Below are positions 49,474 through 61,617 of a stretch of DNA of 64,000 bases, piece by piece (position 1 is the stretch's first letter; each line of letters opens with the position of its first letter). The notes under the pieces were generated by a model that made no database searches, had not been told where the DNA came from, and saw nothing but the letters and a program-made list of their open reading frames with translations. Source of the stretch: Basidiobolus meristosporus CBS 931.73 (Eukaryota > Fungi > Basidiobolomycota); NCBI GenBank assembly GCA_002104905.1, contig MCFE01000160.1, forward strand, positions 62,001-126,000, written 5' to 3'. The position numbers were made by a program, and so were the translations under genes.

Positions 49474-51533
49474 CTAACGGAACTTCAGGTTATGGACCTT
49501 ACGGTTGCAGTCGGTGGGGTACTTGAGCTTGTCTCCCCAAAGATTTAAAGTCCAAAGAGTCACCCCGTTGGTCCATCCAAAACCGTCTTGCACCTCATAC
49601 TCTCCACCTCCACCAGCCACACCCAATCTGGTGACATCGAACTTCTCGAACATGTGCCCAGTGTCATTGTTGCCAGGAATGGGCTCCAGCAGTCCTGGGA
49701 TAGAGCCTCCGGTCATTCTCCAGCCACAGTACGCTGCATCAACCATACGTTGGGCCAAGGTCAGCCCTAGCTTGTCAAGTCTCTGTTTGGTGTTTGTGTC
49801 CTTGATATGGTTGTTGACGGAGATCACCGACTTCATTAGAACGTACTGAAGTGGCGGCCATGCGTTGGGGAAATCCCATTGCAGGGTAGAATTGATCTCA
49901 GTGGTTGGAATGCCAGCGACAAATTTGTTCGCGAACTGCTCCACGATGGAGAAGGTCTTCATCACCTTGTTGGGTCGGGTGATGAAACCGTTAGGGAAAA
50001 TCTCCGCCCAGAATGGCCAGTAATTGGAGGGAGTGAACAGCTTTTGGACCGACCCGCTGGTCGCATTGAAATCGTAGTAATGAAGATCCTGCTCGTCCCA
50101 GAGAAGCTTGAGGATGTTGCTCTTTCGAGTATTGGCCACCTTGTTGTAGTATTGGATTTTGTCCCCGGTCTGGTTCGCCTGGACAGTCTGATGGAACTCT
50201 GCCAACGTTTTTTCGTTCATGTACAGAATCGCATTGAGGTCTGTGGGTACCACTTGGCGAGTATTCAGGGTACGCAAAATGGCCGGGCCTGACTCATTCT
50301 TGGTGGGATACACCTTGAGCCATCTAACACTATAATCCCATCCTAAGCGCCTCAGGTTAGCTACATCATCACGAAACCCCCATGCGCGTCAAACACTTAC
50401 CACTTTCAGCGCCGGTGGCGAGATCAGCATAGAGTCCTTTCTTCCCTTCCTCGTCAAGGGTCGACCCCTCCACGGTGACATAGTCCTCCATGTAGGATTC
50501 TGGGCGAGGCTGATCGTTTATGGTGTTGTAGTGGCTCAGCTTGTATTTTTTCCCGTGGTCAATCTCTATTGTGTGGTTTTTGACCCAGAAATCGTATTCT
50601 TTGTCGAGGGTGGGCAGAGCACGACGAAGTAGGTCCATGTCTTTCGTCTTCTCGTAGTAGATCTTGACCATCTGGGTCAACATGGGAGGTTGAGAACGAT
50701 TAAGGTAGTATATGCGGGCACCATTTGCTAAGGGGGAAGTTAGCAAGGGCGATCCATATTGAGGGGGAACCACAAACACTTACGCATAAAGCCGTATTTG
50801 TCCACTAGATCAAGGAAATTCTCAATCATGTTCTTGGCGGTACCTGGAAGCTCACTGAGCAGCAAACCTTCGATCACGAAGTAGGTATCCCTAATGAAAG
50901 GATTAACCACGAGTGCAATGCAGCAACGATCCGGATCTCAAACCACCCACCAGTAATAGATTTCTCTAAAGCGTCCACCAGGTATGACGAATGGTCGCTT
51001 GATATCCAGCAAAGAGGTGACACACCCTGCACATAAGAAGGACTCATCCATACGTCTTGTCAGCTTCTTCCAGTAGCTGTGCACAACCTGGGCCCAGCCA
51101 CGGAGAATCTCATCCTTGATGTTATTCAGAAACTCCGGCTGGTCTTTGTACTCTGGCAAATCGGCAGGCACCAGCTCCTTGCCGGCCTCAAGAAAATTCT
51201 CCTTGACAAACTGTGCTATAGTGTCGTTGTTTGCGGTGGCCGAGAGGGTGTTGAACGCGGCCAAGACCTGGTCAAGGGGCTTGGATGTAGGCTAGAGGCA
51301 GATTGGGGTTAGAATCGAAGACATCACCCAACACAGGGCCGCCGGGTATTTACCTGGTCGACGAAAGTTTTGGAGTCTGGATAGAGCTTGGCTTTTTGGA
51401 TTCGGTCTAGCAGAGGGCCTGGGCAGTATATAGGTGAATCACAACCTACAGCATTGGTTGATAGGATTTCCGACGAGAACAACAAAGCAGCAGTAAGCCA
51501 CTTGACTGACAAGAAGTGTTGAAGTACTGGCAT
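49474..51533 (-). CDS. Secreted alpha,alpha-trehalase (GH37), 607 aa; exons 51533-51354, 51291-50951, 50890-50784, 50727-50401, 50342-49474
   Basis: DSKTFVD, PGGRFREIYYWD, PNGARIYYLNRSQPP, PRPESY, AESGWDYS, QWDFPNAWPPLQ and GGGGEYEVQDGFGWTNG; four phase-consistent GT-AG introns; signal-like N-terminus. Confidence 0.96.
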
Positions 51534-53504
51534 GGTGAGAATAGAACAGGGATCACTTGGTATCTCGGATTAACCAAAGGAAACACCAAGCTAATAATTG
51601 ATGAACGACGGACTACTGCCGCATCTGGTCGCACCTCCGTTATTTATAAGCAGGAGCCCGCTGCGCTGTCATGTTTTTCTGTCCCTAATGGATTCAAACC
51701 TAAAAACATGCTGCTCAGGCAACGTTGTGATGTCCCTTGTATTCTATTATTCAGATCCAAATATTAACCGATACAATGGTTGCTCTGCTGATCAAAATGA
51801 ATCGCGTTGGAAGGTTCGATTTAATTATGACATCGACATTGATCTCGACAAGTTGCGCGGATGCATAATAGCAAGTTAGGCCATCGGTGCCCACACCCAA
51901 ACCACATATGACAACTTACAACGGCAGTGATTCGAGTACGCTGTCCCGAGTATCCAGCCCAAGGCCATCCAGTTTGGAACTTGCCACCGCACTGAGCAAA
52001 CGGGAGAATGTCGTACTGGGCATGTTGTACTCGCTGTCATATTACGCCTAAGCTGACAAATGGTCAGGAATCCCATCCATGCATCAGGCCTTTAGCCTTC
52101 TCTCATTGACGCAATTTTAAATGAATAGTCCACAGGGCCAATGTTGAGGCTATGGCAGCATCATACTAAGTACGTCAAATGAACACGAAGTATTCATCGC
52201 TTGTTTCACCCGATTAGCATGATATCATCCAGTAGTTTGATCTTATCTCAGATGCTGGTAATTGGATGCCTTGACAGATATAGAAACCCTGATGTAACCA
52301 GACACAGCAATACATTCTCAGGGTTGGGATTAATTTAATGGAATGCAAACGATGTTCCAGAGGAACTGACTGTCCAAGAGGTTGCATAAACCTGGTTCTG
52401 AATTTGGCAGACACTGAGAGCCAGGGGCGCCAAGAGCCCCGAGGCCAATAGTCGCGGGCGGCTTCCTCCTGGTCCCACCAAGCTTTGTACAGAAACATGA
52501 GCAATGATCGAGCCCGGAAGCGCTCGCCTGGGTGGTTGGCGAACCAGACGGCTTGATTCACCGTTAAAGTTCTGCCAGGTACGCCCAATAAACACCGCAC
52601 AGGGCTGTTTACTATTGCCCTCTGGGCTCTTAGAAGCAGACACAGGCTTTCCCACAGCCCTGATTGGTGGGCTATTAATTTGACCAGGACGTGAAACCTT
52701 GCTGCCCACTCAACTAATGCAACTAATTTGGATAGAAAATCTCCCAGAGTAACACCTAAGCATTTACCAAATCCATCTGCAGATTGTGGGGAAGGTATAC
52801 AAACCCGGCAGTGCTGCTGTAGGTCTTTAATTAGGATCGTATTCGACTGGTGTGCATCCGCTCCTGGATGTAATGCTGCTCGAGGGATTCGAGAAGCCAT
52901 GCAGATGTATAACGGTAGGTGGCGAACGGCCACTCTACTGGAATGATTGGCTTGCGGAAATGGCGATGCCTGTGGATGTGGGGACCCTGCATCGACCAAG
53001 GCAGTACGGACTACACCTTAGCCAGAGCCTAATATACAACATCCCCGCGCTTCAATTGGTGGAGAAGCCAACCTGGATGTGTTGCCGTGTTTTTTTGGTT
53101 TGTGGGGATCTAATTGGCTGGTAGGTGACCAGCGCTCTTCGGGTTAGCTCAGGTTGGTATGCTCTGATGGGTCACCTGGATTGTCGCAGATATACCGTTA
53201 ATGCTAGCATTCGAGTGGTTTCAAGAGTCACTATGAATAGACGTTCCAAGGCTTCGAATCTGGCAAGAATATCCACCCGATGCTAATTGGATCACTCGCC
53301 ACGCCTGCTGCCACTGTGGGCTGCTTTGCTCAAACCGCAGATCTAGCGAGATGTCCGGCGATTTCGAAGATCAGCGAGAGTTTGGGAAATATGCTTTATT
53401 TAGGGACCTCGAGTGTGTGAACGGTTCGTAATGGGAATGTGTGCGAGTTAACCAGACAATTAGTAACAGTGCAACCGAGTCGTGGCTTGGATGCTTCCAA
53501 AAAT

Positions 53505-54674
53505 CTATGCGTGTGCATTGAAGGAGCCCATCGTCAGATGAGGAAATTGTTCAATGACGGTCTGTAAGAAATGCTCTTTTTCTTTGGACGATTCTTCGCC
53601 GAAAGCTGCCGATATTGACGAGGCACACTTGTCGTCCAGTTCCAGATTTACCTGCTTCATACTGAGTAGAAGTTCTAAGGCTGGTTGGCTGAAACCGTTC
53701 TCGATCAACGCCACCATGTAAGCTGTGTATGTTTCTGAATCAAACTGGAAGCTTGCAATATGCAACTTCCGCCAGACAGCCTGGGCACGTGCAAGTGCCC
53801 CGTACCGACCACAGATTTGGAAGATTGTTTTAACTAGAGGACCGTCAATGGTGATGTTTGACACCAAGATTCCATCCCACAAACGGAACACCATATTGAG
53901 ATCCCCGATTTGGCCGTAGGCACGTAACAACGCTTGGTAAAGCTCATAATCCGGCTCAACATGTACATCTACTCGAAGCAGGTTGTAGATACCACTGATA
54001 CCGGATGAATTATTTCGTTTAGCGTATCCGTTGATCATCGAAATATATGTGCGCACGTCTGCATTAAACCCACACTTGTACATCTCGTCAAAAACACGTT
54101 TAGCGTTGATCATATCCCCCACGTTGGTGTACGCATCAACTATACCGGCATACGTCTCCACCCGTATATTCTGTCCAGAGTCTTTTAAATGGTAGTACGC
54201 CATGACAGCCCCGTCAATATCATTCTGCCCAGCAAGGGCCTGAATCAAAGAAACATAAAGCGGTTGGCTCACAACCACCTTATGCTTAGTCAGTTTATGG
54301 AACAGTTGGACAGCAAGCTTGATTTGCTTCCGAGATATAAGCTCCGATACAACCAACTCCGATAAAGTAGGGTCCCCGGTTTGCACTGTAGAGTCGACCA
54401 CTTTCTCCAGCAACTGTGGAGTGATTTCGTCTATCGATAGAGAGGTTAACTGCTTGGCCACCTCGGCAAAATTCTGCTCTTCTATAAGTCGCGGAATCAA
54501 CAAAGCCTGCGGTTTCGTAGTTGTGTTCGCATCGGAGTGTCCAAGAAGAAGTGAGCTTGAATGGAATTCATTGCTGAAACGCCGAAACGGGAGGAAACAG
54601 CTTTTTATACAGTTGGATCGATATGAATGAGCGATATGGGTGGCGGCAAGATACTTACATCTGCCTCCTGTCAA
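53505..54674 (-). CDS. Pentatricopeptide-repeat protein, probably mitochondrial; true start unresolved
   Basis: Tandem ~35-aa repeats (TYAGIVDAYTNVGDMINAKRVFDEM; TYISMINGYAK; LYQALLRAYGQIGD); R/S-rich N-terminal region; the ORF-track start is TTG, not ATG. Confidence 0.88.
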   Translation of the reverse strand: MTGGRCKYLAATHIAHSYRSNCIKSCFLPFRRFSNEFHSSSLLLGHSDANTTTKPQALLIPRLIEEQNFAEVAKQLTSLSIDEITPQLLEKVVDSTVQTGDPTLSELVVSELISRKQIKLAVQLFHKLTKHKVVVSQPLYVSLIQALAGQNDIDGAVMAYYHLKDSGQNIRVETYAGIVDAYTNVGDMINAKRVFDEMYKCGFNADVRTYISMINGYAKRNNSSGISGIYNLLRVDVHVEPDYELYQALLRAYGQIGDLNMVFRLWDGILVSNITIDGPLVKTIFQICGRYGALARAQAVWRKLHIASFQFDSETYTAYMVALIENGFSQPALELLLSMKQVNLELDDKCASSISAAFGEESSKEKEHFLQTVIEQFPHLTMGSFNAHA

Positions 54675-55622
54675 TAGGGATAAATATCCTTAGTATGGTG
54701 TGCTCGAAACCTCATGATTTTTTGGCTCTTCATTCAATAGAATGTTTACCTCCCAGAAATCTTGTCAGGTTTTTGTAAATTACAGGGCGCATTGTTCAGA
54801 AAGCCGAAGAAGCTCAGCTGTAAAAGAAATTTTCTTGACTGTGTAAATGCTCACCGAATCGGAATATTGATGCCATTCAGACCTGTGAACTATTTTATTG
54901 GTAAGATCGATTGGTTCGTGTGGAGGGTTTCCTTACGCTTAATTAACCATCACAGTGGGTAAGTTTATGTGTAACTCCTTGCTTATCCGAATCCTGGTTA
55001 AACTTAGTCACATGCCTCCAATGCATATTACCACCATTCCAAGAAAAAGCTAAGGCTACTTTAGCCTAATTGGTGTTATTGGTGCTTGAGAACTACACGG
55101 GTACCTGCTGGAACACAAGATAAATGCTTATGATGTTCATATCTCCTGATGATTCTTTTAGATTCACTGATAGCTAAACTCCATATTAACTGATGTTTAT
55201 CAATCTATCGTGCTTATGTATAACTCAATGCTTGTTCAGTCATTGAGCCATATTACGTGGATTAATCAAGTCCCACTTCATTGATGATCCGCGAGCATTA
55301 TCTTCTAGATGCTAGTGCGACAGAGTCAATGTGAGTCAAACTCTACATGTTTTGCTCAAGTCTGTAGATATATCAAAGGCATAAAATCCAATCAAATCCA
55401 ATCTGCGACTCAAGTGTAGTCTTATCTCATCTTCGAGGAAATTGATTGGTCAGCGGCGGGAATTGCAGTCAACCATCTTCGCACTCGCTGAGGCCGGTAT
55501 AAATACGACTCATCAATGTGCCAATCTTTACCCAACCGCAACAATCCATTTCGTCTTGGTACTTCGTACCCTAACCGCCTTTGCGTCGCACGGCTTGCAT
55601 TATCCCCTGTTCTCCCATCACA

Positions 55623-57214
55623 ATGTCCATCGATCAACTCATAAGGAATTCTGAAGAGAAGCCTTGGCTGGTTTTAAAGTTTGGCGGAACTAGCATTGGT
55701 AAATTTCTGGAATCAATTACCTCCACTATCGTACGCCAGGCACTCAAAACCCACAGAGTAATCATTGTTTGCTCCGCACGTAGCGGTAATACCAAATCTG
55801 CCGGCACTACCAGCCAACTGATCTCAGCTGCAGAGAGCGTGCTTCATCCCAAGTCTGCCAATCACCTACAGATTCTCAACAATCTTATGGAGGATCATCT
55901 GATTCATGCGCGGGAGTCTATCTTCAACACCTCTATTCTTGAGAAGCTGGAGAAGGATATCACCCAAGAATGTCTGAAGCTTCAAGGATTCCTTGATGCA
56001 CTTCAAGTAATCGGGGAGGTTTCAACGAAGTCCAAAGATCTGATTATTGGGCTGGGTGAAAAGCTCGCTTCCCTGCTTGTTGTTGCTTCTCTGGAAGACT
56101 GCTCTATCTCTTCGCAATTGGTGTGCCTTGACAAGATTATCGACAAGCACTTCGACGAGGCCAACCTGAATGAAGGGTTCTATGACTATCTCTCTTTAAA
56201 GTTCTCCGAGAAGATACATGCCTGTGATGGTTCCATCCCGGTTGTGACTGGCTATTTTGGCCCAGTACCCGGAGGAATTTTGCAAAGTATTGGTCGAGGC
56301 TATACAGATTTGACTGCGGCCTTGTGTGCTGTTGGTATTCGCGCAGAGGAGCTTCAGATTTGGAAAGAAGTCGACGGGATATTTACAGCGGACCCCCGCA
56401 AAGTTCCCAACGCACGACTTCTGAAAATCATTACTCCAGATGAAGCTGCTGAACTCACCTACTACGGCTCTGAAGTCATTCACCCCTTTACCATGGACCA
56501 AGTGATTCATGCAAAAATCCCCATTCGCATCAAAAATGTCCAGAGCCCAGACGGCCTGGGTACCATGATCTTCCCGGACAGTAACCAGAAGGGGGATTAC
56601 TCCCCTCACTCACCACAGGTGTTGCTAGCCAATGGATATCTCCCTGACCTTTCTCGGAGACACCCTACTGCGGTGACCATCAAAGAGGACATATTCGTAC
56701 TGAATGTACACTCGAATCGCAAGTCGGTATCTCATGGCTTTTTTGCGAAGATCTTCTCTATCCTGGACAGCTACGGCATCCCCGTCGATGTGATTGCTAC
56801 TAGCGAAGTCCATGTGTCTATGGCACTTGGAACAAGCACCTGCGAGCTTCATTTGAACAGCGCTGTCAAGGAGCTTTCACAGTTCGGGACAGTGGATATC
56901 TTAAGAAACATGGCTATTCTCAGCCTCGTTGGAAAGCAGATGAGAAACATGGTTGGAATTGCCGGAGCAATGTTTACCAGCCTTGCTAAAGCAAATATCC
57001 TTTTTATTCATTATCTGCGGCTCGACCAACCAATCATTCCATTAATACTTTAACTCGCTCTTTACATATTAACATTGAAATGATTTCCCAGGGAGCATCC
57101 GAAATCAACATCTCCTGTATTCTCTCAAGGAAACACGCAGACAACGCACTTCGAGTAGTTCACGACAGTTTGTTGGCGAATGTCGATTACAGTGAGTTGC
57201 ACGGGAGTATTTAA
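55623..57214 (+). CDS. HOM3: Aspartate kinase; exons 55623-56994 and 57066-57214, joined across an AT-AC intron
   Basis: VLKFGGTSIG, VCSARS, IGRGYTDLTAA, IWKEVDGIFTADPRKV, ELTYYGSEVIHP and two ACT domains. Splicing restores LAKANINIEMISQGASEINISC. Confidence 0.96.
56995..57065 (+). other. U12-type (minor spliceosome) AT-AC intron, 71 nt
   Basis: 5' site ATATCCTTT, branch point TACTTTAAC (57046-57054), 3' end TTTAC; removal restores the conserved frame. Confidence 0.92.
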
Positions 57215-57845
57215 TTAAGCTTCATTTCTTTTTCTTTCAATTACTGGACACTACGGACAATATTTCAATACCATTCATTAGATGTATAGATTATGGACAA
57301 TTATCAGCTTATCAATGCTCTTACTGGACAATTTTCCCTTCCCTTTCACGTATTTTCTACGCCAATTATTGATCATTTTTATTCGCGAACTTTCGTCAGT
57401 ACTGCCATCTCATCTCTTTCACCCATACACCCTACACTTCGCACTTCCGCTATTTCACCGTCGGTTCACCGACGGACCACGTTCTAATTGAAAAAAACGG
57501 GCTGTACTGCACCACCCTCGAGAGGCATCGAGATTGTACAGAGCCTAAATACTGCATGAAGATCAATCAGCGGGTTGATCCATCACCATGCCATAACCAG
57601 AATTCTATGGACATATTGTCTGGTAAAATCCAAGGGAATAAAAGTATCCATTGGGAACCACACGTCGCGCCTCTCTGTCGCATCTGGATCGGATAAATCC
57701 TCAGAATCGAGGAAAATCTTGATTGTCTAAGCATCACACGAATCATCTGCTTCATTTCAGATTTTCTGATGAAGCAAATTCCCCAGTGCGGACACAAAAC
57801 TGGCGAGCTCTCCAAGTGGATGCGAGTCTAAACACCCTCTTTGCC

Positions 57846-58228
57846 ATGGAACACACAGGAGGCGGTGATTACTACGGTAAACAGCCACATTTTCAGCACC
57901 ACGGGCGCGGAAGGGGTAGGGGAAGAGGTCGCGGTGGAAAAGGTAACTGGAGAGGCCGTGGACGAGGCCAACACCACGGACATGGGAACTTCCGAGGACA
58001 TACGAACCCCAACTCAGGAGAATATCCAGTAGCCCCTAAAGTAAGGAAACCTTCGGATCCTCCCTCAGGCCTATTCTCATAAGGCGCAGATGTACTAATT
58101 CCGCGATTGACTAGAAGCAACGCACTGATCACCCTCCTTTCAATCCAAGCACCGATGATATCTCAGTTTATTACAAGAAAAGCTTTCTACTGGATCCTTG
58201 GTCTCATTTGGACAACCCTGCCCATTGA
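57846..58228 (+). CDS. Small RGG/His-rich protein with an MPLKIP/TTDN1-like C-terminal motif, 102 aa; exons 57846-58040, 58115-58228
   Basis: Phase-0 GT-AG intron with an ACTAAT branch point; the product ends ISVYYKKSFLLDPWSHL, resembling the Y(F/Y)KPSMLEDPW motif of MPLKIP. Confidence 0.65.
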
Positions 58229-59099
58229 AGTTCTGGGTGGTATAGGTTGTTCGCGCGTTCCACGCTGCAGACGATCTCTCTTGAACGAGCTATATGATGA
58301 ACGAAAAGTCCTCATTCAAATCCCCCCGAGATTGGGTGAGTTCTGGATTGCCCTTATTCCTGGGGGGGGGGAAATCAAATAAAGACATCTATGTAAATAA
58401 GTATCGCGTGGCCGATCCTGCTTAGGTAAAGTGTTTTTATTGCGTCAAGGAACCGATAGAACATTAGGCACCTCTTTGAGGGATGGCAAATCGATGGCGT
58501 GGTGTATGCAGCTACACCCAATTCGGCCCCAGGTGGCTATCTACTAGCGAGGGAGATCTCAACATAAGATAGCGTCGCTGAAGGGTAACCACATGTATGT
58601 TGCTCAGTGCACATGAAGTTGACTGGCCTGTTCCTGGGAGAGAGTAGCACCTGCCACATCATAGGCACAGTCATCCTATTCCTGAATTTCATAAACCAGT
58701 ATGGCGGGAGAGCTAGCAGATATAGGGATATGTAGCGCTTTGATAGAGGATGTCGACCATGGAGTGGATACTCGCGATCTGGGCTTATAGACTGGGAGAA
58801 GATAGAGTAGCGAAGTGAACACCATTTGTGGCTCCTCAGATGGGCACCAATGCACCATGCCAATGAGGATATGCACTTCCTGCTCTCCACCATTGGCTAT
58901 AACGGTTGATTGCCCTGCCCACGACCCCTTTACCCATTACTCATTACCCACATCCAACCCATCGTGACAAGGGTGGCTTATCTGCAGTGAGACATCAGGA
59001 AGATCCAGTTGAGGTGGAGATTCCCCTTTTCGTTCATTAGTCAATCAACCCCTTGGGTGAAGGCGGAGTCATCTCAGATATAACAAATAACATTTAATG

Positions 59100-59960
59100 A
59101 ATAGGCATCGCATGGACTACTTGAATGGCAGCAGGCTTGAGGGCCACACCCCAATTACCCAGGTTTCAATGCGGACATACCACAGCTACGGTTTTAAAAC
59201 GCAAGGGTTGTTAGGGGTTGTAGAACAACCTATATTACATGTTCGATTTGATTTGGTCAGGCTGGAGATCAACTCCAGAATCGAGAGATGAAGTATCCAT
59301 GTGCGGATCATTCGCTGTGACTAATTGAGCGGGCTATCGGATGCATCCCAGGTAGGATGTTGGTGGTGGCTGGGTGTGGGTTGTATTGTATGCTGTTGAT
59401 TGTGTCCATCGGCTTTCCGTATGGTATTACCGGCACTTTCGTGAGTCGAAATGGTGGTCCGTTGGCACATTGTCACAAGCCGACAGTGTGGAGAGCCCAT
59501 CAAGCGCTCATTGAAGTTTGAGCATCGTGCTGGAATCAAGTAACTGAAACGTCTCCAAAGGGGTGCCCGGATGCAGAACGAGGCCCCTTAACTGACTCAT
59601 CATTGCCAGATCCGGCCCCGGTTGGGCTGGGCGGCCTTCAGACCAGGTAGAGGCAGGAAACATGGTGAAAGGAAGACACATACATGCACGTATGTCAAGA
59701 GAGGATTTTGAATTCACTACTTGGAGTCGAAGTGCGCCATTCCAGGGATTCCGTGGTCTTGATCTTGCTCCAGGATACCGGGGATTGAGCATCTCCTAGG
59801 TTCTTCCATTTCAGGCCATTCGGTGCGATGAATATGACACTTCATGTGATGTCGAGAATAGGAGTAGTGATGGGCATTCCCAAAGCATCCAGTATACACA
59901 TAGGCAGGAATGATTTCTCGTCCCGGATGGAACCAGTATTTTGCATTCAGAACCAAGGGG
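59100..59960 (-). pseudogene. Possible heavily decayed GH43 glycoside hydrolase
   Basis: Ordered fragments across frameshifts and stops: GNAHHYSYS, APNGLKWKNLGDA, TCMYVSS, SASGHPFGD, RKADG, YRLFY. Similarity judged by eye only. Confidence 0.3.
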
Positions 59961-61617
59961 AACCATTTAAATCATTTCGTTTGCGCAACGACGATAAATG
60001 AATTCGTCAACATTCGCATGACAAATTTAGCAGGATTCAGTTAAAAATACTCCATCCTTCGGTCATCTATCGGACTGCCTTTTCACCAACTTATATTAGA
60101 TAATCTCCATCATCCGTCGATATCTATGACATAGCTGCAGTGTGCCAAGGATGGCCGGCGCAGCAAATTGACTCCGGAAAATGATGGTTATACCAATGGT
60201 TCTCAATAATAGCAATGAGGCATCAATTAATTGGCGCTGGAGTTCATCCCATAGACAGCGGCAGCCCAATTATGAGTCGCCCCATTATGGGCTGCAGATC
60301 GAGGCAACCGTCGGTGGCAAGACACGGGATGAGAGTGAATTGTGTGCGCTACTTGTATCCAAAGCCGTGCACCGAGCCTGGAGGGAGAAAGCCGTTGTCA
60401 TGGAGAAGGGTCGATCTGTCGTGATGATGGCATCGGTGCGATACGAAAGTGACCATCTCCGGGATGGTGGACCCCAGCAGCCAGATATCTATTGTGGCAT
60501 TCCTACGTGATGGGCAGCAGACGATGGGTAAAAACAACCTAAATTGAAAATGACGCAGATGTAAACTCATCCCATGGCCCAAATCGGGAATTATTGATTC
60601 CACCCTCAGTCTCAGAAGAATCTGACAACCATACCAAGGCATTCTTGAAGGACAGCATTGTGCCACGATGAAGTCAAACTTTCTCACTAACTCGGAGGGA
60701 AAAGGGGCGATTGAGTCAGGTTAACCAAGTCTAGGATTGAGCTGGTTTGAGCATGACTGGAGCAATGCTGGCTAGCTGGAAGCTATCAAGAGTCTGAACT
60801 CAGTCTCAGTTCTCGGTGTCTGACCCGCCTCTAATCGATATGGAGCGGTTGCAATTCAGGGGACGTTGCTATCCGACTCACCTGATCTACAACAATGGCT
60901 CTGAATGGCTTGGGAATTCAAATGCCGCAATCAATGAAATATATGCTTGCTCGCAGCATAATGGCATAAATGAATTGCATGCATCGCTTGCCGATGCTAC
61001 CAGTGATCATGAAGCTTCCACCTCACGCTGCGTGATCAGGCCCAGTTAGCCTTTTTAATCTGTTTGTAATAGAGGTGAGCAATAGTGATTTCTTGATAGA
61101 GGGCGGATGGGATAAGCCAACTTCATGCCATATCTACTGACTGGCAGCGATTATTAAACTGAGACATGTGACCGACGAATCAGGCGATGGAAAACCTGAG
61201 ATGTTGCAAGGACTTGTGCTCCGGAATTGGCTCCAGAGATCAGAGTGAACGTATCACTCCCTCATCTTTTTTTATGGCTCGGCTACCCGCTTGACACTTG
61301 GCTAATCAGATTGGTCACTAATTACAGGAATTTCTGGTAGGTTTCTTATATATATAACCTCGGGTTGTCCTCAAGAGGAGCATTGCTTCTTAGCTCGATT
61401 GCTTGAACCCTACCGTTGAAATCCTGCTCCTTAATTTGTCCGTTCAGAACATTAACGGGTGCTGAGTGTATACGAATTAATCCTTTGATTTCCCTGGACC
61501 CACCTTACACGTTGGTATCGTCCTGAATGCTCTTCGACCTCCCTAAACCCCGTTGCTAACCTTTCCCCGTGTCTCCACTAGATCAGTGACATTACTGCGA
61601 ACCACGCGTTGAGAACC

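Noticed and set aside
55581-57053. ORF-track C-terminus of aspartate kinase (ILFIHYLRLDQPIIPLIL)
   Set aside because: It is read-through of the AT-AC intron; the conserved C-terminus is in 57066-57214.
57723-58382. RGG-rich start suggested a DEAH-box helicase (DHX36/DHX57-like)
   Set aside because: No helicase motifs follow; the spliced frame stops at 58228 after the LLDPW motif.
60181-61049. Several overlapping 70-110-aa ORFs on both strands
   Set aside because: No recognisable domain, splice signals or consistent frame.
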